64,000 nt of DNA from Dictyostelium discoideum (taxonomy: Eukaryota), in assembly GCA_000004695.1 (NCBI GenBank), contig CM000152.2:3808001-3872000 (forward strand), given 5' to 3'. Positions 31,683-44,473 of this stretch are shown piece after piece. The notes under the pieces are model-generated. The model ran no database searches. It was not told the DNA's origin and worked only from the letters and a program-made list of their open reading frames with translations. Each line of letters begins with the position of its first letter. The first letter of the stretch is position 1. The position numbers and the translations under genes were made by a program.

Positions 31683-31850
31683 TTACTTACCTTTTTTTTT
31701 ATATTCTTAAATAAAAATCAAACTCTAACAATTAAAAAGGTTTAGATAAAAGTTGATTGATAATCTCTAATCTCTAATAATTGACATTAACCATAATATT
31801 ATTGATAAATCTTTCTTTTATTTAACATTTGACTGGTACCTACGTTTAAA
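31298..31850. repeat. Fourth, solitary copy of the dispersed repeat family, located between the divergent PIG-V and ribokinase promoters, with an internal ~55-bp inverted segment
   Basis: 31370-31650 aligns with 11207-11490 (AATGATATCATCTTCTTTTCAAAATGCCATAGTGCATAGATAAATCTTTCCTTTCTCTGAC...). 31703-31757 (AAATCAAACTCTAACAATTAAAAAGGTTTAGATAAAAGTTGATTGATA) is the reverse complement of the unit segment TATCAACTTTTATCTAAACCTTTTTAATTGTTAGAGTTAGATTT. A third core-like motif (GATAAATCTTTCTTTTATTTAACATTTGACTGG) is at 31806-31840. Confidence 0.8.
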
Positions 31851-32027
31851 AATAAAATTTTTGATGAAAAAAAAAATTAAATTATTTTTTTGTTTTTTTT
31901 TTTTTTTTTCAAGTGTTTTAATGTTTTTATCAATTTTTTTTTTTTTTTTTTTACTACGATCAGTTCCCCAATCAGTGATTACAATCCAAAATAAAAAGTC
32001 ACAATCTATAAATCTTCATTTATTTTA

Positions 32028-32058
<31 letters not shown>

Positions 32059-32062
32059 GAAA

Positions 32063-33393
<1,331 letters not shown>

Positions 33394-33506
33394 AATAAAT
33401 AAAATAAATAAAATAAAATAAAAACATGTTTAATTTATAAATAATCGCAATATTTATTATTTGGTTTGTTTTTGTCTTTGTTTTTTTTTTATTTAAAATT
33501 GATTAA

Positions 33507-35922
33507 TTAAAGATTAAATTTCCATAAATTTGAACTACCATGAGAAAATAAAGCACCAACATTAAATTGAGAAAGTTGAATTTTTGTAATTTCAGAATTT
33601 GGACGACCATATAGTTCACCAATGGATTGAGTTAAATTACGTGGATCCCAATAAGAAATTCTTGAACCACCTCCACATAGGATTTTCTTTGGTTCAACAT
33701 CAAAAGATTTAACATGAATTGTATCGACTATTCTTTTAATATAGAATGGACCAGTTCTTTCATCAAAGAATCTGAGTGTACCATCTTTACTTGAAGCAAC
33801 AACGATATCTTCTTTTGGTAATACTTTACAAGAATAGATTTCATCAGTATGACCAAGGAAAGAGATAACTTTTTTACCAGTATTTAAATCCCATAAATTG
33901 ATTGGACCTCTTGAACAACCAACGGCAACCCTATTGGTATGAGTATTGATGGCGGTGATTCTATCGTCTTGTTGAATTGAGGTTAACAATTCACCAGTGC
34001 TAGCATTGAAAACATCAACTATTGTATCGTAGTCATCGAATTCGGAAGAATCTTCATTACCTTCATAATGGAGAACCACATTGCTACCAGTGAAATTGGA
34101 AGATATTGAGGAGACATCCCAAAGTTGAGGGGTAGTAATTTTCGGATTGATTAATTTAATTTCTCTGGTATTTGAAATATTATCTGGATGGAATTCAATG
34201 AGTGTTTTATTCTTTAAACCTGAATAAACCAAAGAATCACTTGTCCACATATGAACTGAGCAAGATGGTTCCTTTGGGATGTAATCGAATCTTTGTGGAT
34301 TAAAACGACTTGAATCTGCGAAATCTATTACATACGCCTCACCAGTGCTGAAACCTGAATAACTTTTCTCACCATCCAAATGAATTGAGGTGATTGTACC
34401 CTCGCCATTATTGGGTATCATTGCGAATTGTGATGGTGAGATACGATAGGACGCAATTGACATCAACGAAATTCTAACACTAGTTGGCACACTTGGTGTT
34501 AGACCATTGATGGAGGGACCTGTATTCTTTGGTTGACCATATAGTTTACTAATTTGCCACAGTACCTCCATTCTAATCTTTAAGAAAAAGTTCTTCTTCC
34601 ATTGTTGATCTATTGTTTCATAATTTGTCTCTCTACTTAGAAAGAATGTCAATGAGGGATTATCGAAATTTAAATCGGTTGAAGAGAATTGAAATTGAGT
34701 TTTAACAAAACTATCCCAAAGATGTCTTAATTGGTCATTGTTTTTACCATTATTATAATGACTATCCAATTTAGATTCACCAAAGATATTAAAATATAAA
34801 CGGTACCATAGGATATCAGATTCTGACATTTGTTTCATATATTTACAAGTTCTTGATACTTTACATAATGCTCTATGATCAAGATAGGATAATATCGTCA
34901 TAATGATTTCATGTGGTAAATAGAATAAATTAACCAAACCATCCAATATATCATCACGTTCAGTTTGTTTTTCATAATTATTTGAAAAGAATTGAACTCT
35001 TTCACTAATTATTGATGGTATAAATGGTGGTAATAAAAGTTGATTACTTGATGCTCTATTCTTTAATATTTTAATATTTTTAGGTGGTGATCCTGAAAGT
35101 GAACCAACTGGTGATTCATTAGGTGATTCATTTGATGATTCTGTAAATGATTCTGTTGATAATTTAATATTTCTTGGTAATGGTAATATTGATGATGATG
35201 GTGATGATGTTGTTGTAGTTGTTGTAGTCGTAGTTGTTGTAGTTGTTGTAGTGGTGGTTATTGGAAATTGAATTTTTAATTTATTCAATGATTCTAAATT
35301 TTTCTGTTGTTTTTTTAAATTAATTATTTCGGTTTTATTATTATCTATTATTTTATCATTTTTATTTATATATTCACTAATATTAATATCTCTATTTACA
35401 ATGTTATTATTATTATTATTACTATTATTACTATTATTACTATTATTACTATTATTACTATTATTATTAGTGGTATTATTTATAAAATTGATATTTGGTT
35501 CGCCTGTACAATTTCTAGTTTTTTTAGATTTTTTATATTGTTCTTCAAGTTCATCATTGTTGATATCATTTTCAACATTGAATGAATTTTTCGGTATTTC
35601 AATTGAAGAAGTTATTGATGAATTGGTTATTGTTGATGTAGTGATTATTGTTTTATTTACATTATTATTATTATTACTATTACTATTACTATTACTATTA
35701 TTAATATTATTATTAATACTATTATTATCTTTATTGTCTTGCAAAAATGAATTTGAAGAAATAGTTGATGATGTTGTTATTGTTTGTGAAAGATTTGTAA
35801 TTGAAGAATTAATTTTATTAAGTGGTTGCGTAGAAGAAGAATTTAAAGATTGTAATGATGTAGATGGTAATATATTTGTACTACTACTTCTAGAAACAAA
35901 AGAAGAGGAATTATTATTGTTA

Positions 35923-35993
<71 letters not shown>

Positions 35994-35997
35994 TTTA

Positions 35998-36035
<38 letters not shown>

Positions 36036-38104
36036 TAAATTTGAAATTAATGAAGATCTTAAATTTTTTTTAGAATTAATTGGTTTAAAATAATAACTTG
36101 ATTGATCATTTGATTTATGATGATTATTAATTGATGGAATGATATTATTTGATTGTGATTGTTCAATTGAATCTGAAACTGATAAAAGTTTAATTGAATC
36201 AAGTATTTGAGATTCTTTTGAAACTTTTGAATAAATAAAATCAATAATATCAGAGAATAAATAAATAACTTTAATTAAAACTGGATCATCAAATCTATCT
36301 TTATGATTATTTGAAGAATTACTTGAAGTTGATGAAGAGAATGAAGATTTAATTAACATTAAAATATCTAAAGAACGTTCACTTCCAGGTATATTAGAGT
36401 AGGAGGATAATGAGGACGATGATGAAGAAGAGGATGAAGATGAAGATGATGAAGTATTATTAGTTGATTTTGATAATTCAATTGGATTAATTTTATCTCT
36501 CCAATTATCAGGATTAATTAAAAAGTAAGTTGTAAATTGACATTCATCACTTTTAAATTTTAAATTATCAAATGAAAAAAAAAAGATATCACCATTTTCA
36601 CGTTGCTCTAATAAGAAATAACCACTTGTGTTTGCACCATTTTGTAATGTACTTCTAATATTGAAAAAGGGTATATTAAATTTAAATTTACTTGAGATGA
36701 TTGGACCACCACCTTTTAATATTGTAATTTTATCTTCCAATACCATATGATAAATGAATGGATCCCATTGAAAATCTTCTTCAAACATAAAACAACCAAT
36801 TAAAATTGGGTCGAATGAAACTTGATATTTTGTTTTAATTAGTAATGGACTGGTGGAGGTGTGACGGTCGTAGAATACACAAATGTTGTTATGTTTACTT
36901 GGTAGACTATTCCATTGAGATTTCTCATCGAGATCTTTAAAGAAATGAATCCATTCTTCACGTGATTTCTCTTGAAATTTAATTCCATGCTTACCTGTAC
37001 CCTGTTCAACATTTATACCATTTGGTATATAAGTCAATGAATTACTCTTATAATTCTCTATGGTTTTTTGATGTTGACATTTATTTCTAATGAATTTAAT
37101 CTTGTAAACTAAATTCATCAATGATATTTTCGGTACAACTGGCATTAATAAATAATCAGAGAATGATCTGCCTTCATTTCCAAAATCATATGAACAAATA
37201 TGTGTTGAAAAACTACCATTACTCTTTACTCCATCTAAATCATATGATACAATTGGTTCAAAAATATATCCAAATATTGGTAATCCACCTCTAATATATT
37301 CCTTTGATTTAACACATCCTTTAAATTCATTATAATCTCTTGAAACTGTAAAATATGATCCTTTTCTACTTGGGTGTGGTCCTGTAATTCTTTTTTTTTT
37401 TAAAAAAATAAAAAAATAATAAATTAATAAAATGGGGGGAGGGGGAGTGTGGTAATATATTTTTAATAATAATAAGCATACTGTAAAATAACACAATCTC
37501 TAGATTTAATAAATAATGACATATTTGTATACATGTGAAGTAATAGAATATCATATTTTGAATAAGGTATATTTAATTTTTGAGCTTTTTGTTTATCATT
37601 GGTTGTAAAGTAATAAACTATTTCGAAACGATCTAAATAACGATCCCAACTAAATCTAGCTAACCAATCTGATACATAGGTTACTGCAACCTCTGGATCA
37701 CAATCTATAATTTGGTTTCTTGATAATAATGAACTACCAACTACACTATCATATCTTGGATTTTGAAATGGTTTTGACCAAACACTAATATCAGATTCTT
37801 CTTTACTTATAAATTTCCATTCCGTATCAATTAATTCATTTTCAAAGATTTCCAATAATCCTAAACTCTCTAAATAAATCGATTTTAATTCTAACAATTC
37901 TTCATCTTGAAAATTGTTACCAATAAAACTATTATTTTCTAATTTTTCAACTTGCTCCAAATCATTTGGTAATATTAATTCATTATTTTTATTACTACAA
38001 TACCCTATTGAATTCATTTTAAATGGTGGTGTTGTTATATTATTATTATTATATATATTATTATATTTATTATTATTATTATTATCTTTATTAATTGGTT
38101 CCAT
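33507..38104 (-). CDS. START domain + F-box + WD40-repeat protein, ~1484 aa: join(33507..37389,37533..38104)
   Basis: ATG at 38104. START/Bet-v1-like region WKFISKEESDISVWSKPFQNPRYDSVVGSSLLSRNQIIDCDPEVAVTYVSDWLARFSWDRYLDRFEIVYYFTTND, continuing after a ~143-bp intron (GTATAC donor, A-run then AG acceptor; junction uncertain) with ...YFTVSRDYNEFKGCVKS.... F-box LFYLPHEIIMTILSYLDHRALCKVSRTCKYMKQMSESDILWYRLYF. C-terminal WD40 repeats (...GHTDEIYSCKV..., ...ASSKDGTLRFFD...). Long poly-N/S/T tracts. Confidence 0.6.
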
Positions 38105-38234
38105 TTTTTTTACTATGTGTTTTTTTTTTTTTTTTTTTTTTTTATTTTTATTTTTGTTTTGGAAATAAAAATAAAAAAAAAATTTACAAAAAATTTAATA
38201 TTTGAAAATACCAAAGTTATGAAAATTATCTCTA

Positions 38235-38265
<31 letters not shown>

Positions 38266-38315
38266 ATTATTTTGTTATTATTTTTATTATTATTATTATA
38301 ATTATTATTAGTATT

Positions 38316-38358
<43 letters not shown>

Positions 38359-39721
38359 AAAGAAAAAACTATTTATAAAAAAAAAAAAAAGTTTTTTTTT
38401 GTTGTTTTTTGATTTAGATTTGTTGGGGTGGAAAAAAAATTTTTTTTTTTTTTATTTTTCAATTTTTTATTTTTCAATTTTTTTTTTTTTTATTTTTCAC
38501 CTCTTTATATTTTTAACGAACCTTTGAATTGCGGACGAGAAAAAAATCTTTTTTTTTTTGTGTATGGTTGGACAAAACAGAGATTATTTTTTTTTTTTTT
38601 TTATGTATTTATTTTTTTTTTTTTTTTTTTTTATTATTTATTTTTTATATTTTTTTTTTTTTTTTTTACCAAATTATTTATTTATTTAATTATTTATAAA
38701 TAATTATGAAATTATGTAAAATGTTTATTTTTATCCTTTAGGGAGGATAATAAAAATAATTAAAAAAAACATAAATTTTAAAAATAAATTTCAGAGACCA
38801 GGGATATAAAATAAAAAAAAAATTAAAAAAAAAATTAAAAAAATTAAAAATTATAATAATAATTAATTTTTTATTTTTTTATTTTTTTATTTTCGTGAAA
38901 GTGCCTCCCCAATAAGCAAATTTTGAATTTCCATTATTTTCAATAAACAACTAGGGTACACCCACCCTCCACCCTCCAATTTAGCAAATATTCAAAATTC
39001 TCAATTTTTGAAGTCCTTGCTAGATTATTAGACAAAATTAATAAATGTGGGATTTTTTAATATTTATCTTTTTTTTAATTATTTAAATTTATAATAACAA
39101 AATAATTTCTATAAATGTGTTTTTTTTAAAAAAAAAAAAAGAGATTAATTACTTTTTTTTTTTTTTTTCAATATAATTAATTTAATCATTCAGATTTTAA
39201 AAATTTCTTTTTTTATAATTTCTTTTAATTTTTCTTTTTCTTTTTCAATGATTATTTTTTTTTTTCCAATTTCAATTAATCATTTAAAAATTCAAAAATC
39301 ACTTTTTTTTTTTTTTTATTTTTTTTTTTTCTTTAATAATTAAGTTAGGATTTTAAATAAAGTTTTGTTCAATTAAAAATCAAAAGATATATTTATTCAT
39401 TCCTTATTTTAACCTAGAAATTCATTTTAGAATATGTAATTATTGACTAAATTAAAAAAAAAAATAATAAAAATAAAAATGAAAACATTCCATTGGTTTT
39501 TTTCATTGAAATTCCCAATAATGGATTTTATTTTTTTTGAAATTTAATTTTTTTTTTTTTTATTAATTTAATTTAATTTTTTTTTGATTTTTTTTTTTTG
39601 ATTTTTTTTCAATTGCATTTTTTTTTTTTTAATTTTTTATTTTTTAATTTTTTTTTTTTTTTTTTTTAAATCAACTACAAATTTTTTATATATATTTATT
39701 ATTATTTTTAAAAAAAAAAAA

Positions 39722-41533
39722 ATGACAGATAAAATTAATAATTTAATTAATCAATGGTTAAAATGGGATAAAAATGAAATTACAAGAAAGGAAATTGAAC
39801 AATTAAAAGAGAATAACAATGAAAAAGAGTTATTAGTTAGATTAGAAGAAAGAATTCAATTTGGTACAGCAGGTTTAAGAGGAGCTATGAGAGCAGGTTT
39901 CTCATGTATGAATGATTTAACAGTTACACAAGCAAGTCAAGGATTATGCGAATATGTCATTGAAACAATTGAACAATCAAAGAGTAAAGGTATAGTAATT
40001 GGATATGATGGTCGTCACAATTCGTACATTTTCGCTAAAATCACTGCAGCAACATTCAAATCAAAGGGATTCAAAGTTTATTTATTCTCTCATATTGTAC
40101 CAACACCATACGTTTCATTCGCAGTACCAAATTTGAAGGCGGCAATTGGTGTAATGATTACAGCATCACATAATCCAAAGAACGATAATGGATATAAAGT
40201 GTATTGGGAGACTGGTTGCCAAATTAATACACCACATGATAAAGGAATTTCAAAGAAGATTGACGAAAATTTAGAGCCATGGTCAAATGTAGACGCAACA
40301 TCTGATATTAAATATGGTAATGGTGATGATGGTGAGTCAATGATTGACCCATTGTCAGTGATTACTGAATTGTATAATAAGAATATTAAAGAGTATTCAG
40401 TTGGTTCCAAAATCGAATTGGCAAACGAGCCAATAGTGTATACTGCAATGCATGGTGTTGGTGGTGTTTATGCAAAGAAGGCATTTGAGACATTCCAATT
40501 GAAACCATTCATACCGGTGGCACAACAAATCGAACCAGATGCTGAATTTCCAACTGTCACATACCCAAATCCAGAGGAGGGTAAAGGCGCATTGAAGTTA
40601 TCAATTGAGACAGCAGAGGCAAATAATAGTCGTTTAATTTTAGCAAATGATCCAGATGCCGATCGTTTAGCTGTCGCAGAGAAACTTGCTGATGGTAGTT
40701 GGAAAGTTTTCAATGGTAATGAGATTGGTGTGCTTTTAGCTGACTGGGCTTGGACTAACAGATCTACGTTGACTAAAGGTGGTAGCACATTGGAGAATAA
40801 TAAATACTTTATGATCAATACAGCTGTGTCATCAGCTATGTTAAAGACAATGTCAGAGAAGGAAGGTTTCATTCATCAAGAATGCTTAACTGGTTTTAAA
40901 TGGATTGGTAATGCCGCATACAATGCAATCAATAATAACGACGGTACCACCTTTTTATTTGGATATGAAGAGGCAATTGGTTTTCAATATGGTGATGTCT
41001 CATTCGACAAAGATGGTGTTAGAGCTGCTGCAATCTTTGCTGAATTCGCCCTATCACTCTATAAAAAAGGTAGTTCAGTTCAAGATCATTTAGAATCAAT
41101 GTATAAACGTTATGGTTATCATATTAGTAAGAATCGTTATTTCTTTTGTTATGAACCATCAAAAATGGTTTCAATTTTCAATAAAATTAGAAATGATGGT
41201 AAATATTTAACAAAGTTAGGTGATGATGATGATGAACAATTTACAATCACTCGTATTCGTGATCTTACTACAGGTTATGATAATGGTTATCCAGATTGTA
41301 AGGCAAGATTACCAGTAAGTTCATCAACTCAAATGATTACATTTTATTTTAAGAATGGTGGTATCGCTACATTAAGAGGTAGTGGTACTGAACCAAAATT
41401 AAAATATTATGTTGAAATGATTGGAGAAGTTAAATCTAATGTTGAATCAACACTCACCAAAGCTGTTGAACTTGTTATTAATCAATTATTAAAACCAATT
41501 GAAAATCAATTAGAACCACCAAAAGATGATTAA
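39722..41533 (+). CDS. Phosphoglucomutase-2-like / phosphopentomutase (alpha-D-phosphohexomutase superfamily), 603 aa, single exon
   Basis: Active-site loop [15 protein letters not shown] and metal-binding [15 protein letters not shown] near the N-terminus. Uninterrupted ORF from a true ATG. Possibly the organism's pgmB, but the symbol is not asserted. Confidence 0.85.
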
Positions 41534-41736
41534 ATAAAAATAAAAATATAAAAATAAAATTAAAAATAAAAATAAAAAAAAAATTAAAAAAAATTAAAAA
41601 ATAAAAATTACACAATGTAAAACCAAGTATAACAAACACAAATTGTATACGCTTCATTTTTTATGATATCAGTGTGCATTTATGATTTTTTTTTATTTTT
41701 TTTTTTATTTTTTTTTTATTTTTTATTTTATATCCG

Positions 41737-41767
<31 letters not shown>

Positions 41768-41957
41768 CTTATTTTTAATCATTATTTATTATTATCATAT
41801 TATTTATTATTATTATTTTCATTATTTTTATCATCATTATTATTATTATAATTATTATTATATTATTGTTATTATTATTAAAAATATTGTCATTTTCACT
41901 CATTAATACACATATACCACATACCACACCACTCACCCACATAAATACAATCCAAAG

Positions 41958-41991
<34 letters not shown>

Positions 41992-42571
41992 ATTTTATAC
42001 TTGCCCCTCCATAGCTATTAGATATATATATATATATTTAACCTGTTGGTAGTTATATATATATATATATATATAAATATATTTGATTATATAATAAACC
42101 ACCCATTATTATTATTATAATTTTTTTTTTTTTTTTTTTTATTATTATTTTTTACATTCAATACACTTCCTTTTTTAAAATGTGGGGTGTTTGGAAGTGT
42201 GAGTGAATGTTTTTTTTATTTTTTTATTTTTTTTTTTTTTGTTGCTAAAAATAAAATAAATTTTCATTTTTTAACAGTAATAATAATTGAAAAATTAATA
42301 TGGTAATAATATTTACCAGCTTTACAAAAGTGTGATCACTATTTGAATTTCAATTTTTCTTTAAATTTGTTTGGGGAATATACCCCTCACCAACAACACT
42401 TTGATCAATAATTTAAATAAAAAAAAAAAAAAAAAAAAAATTAAAAAATAATTAAAAAAAAAAAAAAAAAAAAAATATTTGTTGTATGCAAACATGTATT
42501 GTATATACATATATAAAAAATAGTTAAAAAAAAAAAAAAAAAAAAAACAAAACACTTCGGTGTGGGTCAAA

Positions 42572-42610
<39 letters not shown>

Positions 42611-42922
42611 CATTTATTATTATTTTTTTTTTTTTTTAACATTTTTTTTTATTTTTTTTTTTTTAAAAAAAAAACAATTATTATTGTTGGATATATTTAT
42701 AATTTTTTATTTTATTTTATTTATTTAAAAAATAGATTACACTTCGCATTTAAATAATAATAATAAAACATCAAAGCATTTAACAATAATATCACCCAAA
42801 AGATTTCTTTTTTTATTTTTTTTTTATTTTTATTTTTTTCCTATTTTAATTTTATTCAATTCCAAAAAAAAAAAAAAAATATTAGTAAATTATTAAAATT
42901 GTCATTTTTTTTATTTATTTGT

Positions 42923-42971
<49 letters not shown>

Positions 42972-43046
42972 TTATTTTTTTAATATGAAATAGTTTCTTT
43001 GTTAAATTTCAGTGGTTATATAATATGTATGTATAAAATTTATTTT

Positions 43047-43084
<38 letters not shown>

Positions 43085-43781
43085 TTTTGTTGGAATAAAG
43101 ATTAATTTAGAAGAAAGGGATAAATGGAAATTGGTGTTTATATATTTATTTTGTTTTGTTTTGTTTTGTTTTTTTATTTTATTTTATTTTTATTTAAATT
43201 TTTTAATTTGAAGGAAAAAAAAAAAAAAACAACACACTTTTTCACACACCCAAAAAAAAAAAAAAAATTACATTCACCATTTTTTAATTATGATAACAGG
43301 TTGTTGAATCCAATATTGAATTACTTACAATAGAATAAACTGAGAGAGAGTGAGAGAGTGAGTGGTAATATCAAAAAAAAAATAAAATAAAAAAAAAAAA
43401 AAAAATAAAATAAAATAAAAAAAAAAAAAAAAATTTATTATTTATTATCATTATCATATTAATGATACACTATAAAAAATAAATAAAAATAAACAAACAT
43501 AAATAGATATAAATAAAAATACCAATAAACACAGTCATCAAAAAAATAATTAAAAATAATTAAAAATAATTAAAAAAAATAATTTTATTTAAATAATTAA
43601 AAAAATAAATAATAAAAAATAAAGAGGTGTGTAGAAAAAAAATAAAAAATAAAAAAATAAAAAAAAATAAAAAAAAAACACCCAAATCAAATTTTTCTCT
43701 CTTCATTTTTATTTCACCAATTACATTTTCCTTTTTCTTGTTCTTTATTTTATAAAAATAATATTTATTTTATATTATTAT

Positions 43782-43821
<40 letters not shown>

Positions 43822-43984
43822 AAAAAAAAAACAAAAAAAAAAAAACACAAATAACAAAATATTTATAAATAATACCACAACAATTTTAATTTTTTTTTTT
43901 CTATCTTTATATAATTATAATATAAATTTTTTGATACATATAAATTGGACTGTTTGTGTCTTTGATTTTATTTTTTTTATTTAA

Positions 43985-44024
<40 letters not shown>

Positions 44025-44223
44025 TTAAAAAAACCATTTTTAAAATACATATTATTAAAAGATAATGATAATCAATATTTAGATATAAATAATAGGAATA
44101 AAAGGAATAATAGGAATAGTTAATTTTAAATATAACACAATTTTAAGAATTTTTGGGAAATTAAAAAAAAAAACAAAAAAAAAAAAAAAAAAAACAAGGA
44201 AAATAATTATAATAAATAATAAT

Positions 44224-44271
<48 letters not shown>

Positions 44272-44473
44272 TTTAATAGTACTATTAGTAATAAAAATAA
44301 AATAAATTATTACTAGGAAACAGGTTTATATAAAAACAACTTTTATTACCGATAAAATATTTATAATAATAATAATAATAATAAAATTAAAAATAGAGAA
44401 AAAAAAGAAATTTTAAAAAATAAAAATAAAAAAATTTAAATAAAATATATTAAAAAGAAAAAAAAAAGAAAAA

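Noticed and set aside
35401-36093. 230-aa plus-strand poly-Leu ORF
   Set aside because: It is the antisense of (AAT)n poly-Asn coding tracts in the F-box/WD40 gene. Likewise 47775-47999 and 48301-48540 (antisense of the ELMO gene), 26248-26487, 32278-32706 and 32349-32543 (intronic microsatellites), and 20467-20867 (antisense of the CCHC gene).
37366-37554. 62-aa minus ORF and the first ~35 codons of the 1329-aa ORF (MCYFTVCLLLLKIYYHTPPPPILL...)
   Set aside because: They translate the inferred intron, including the C-tract read as PPPP. The real exon starts at 37389.
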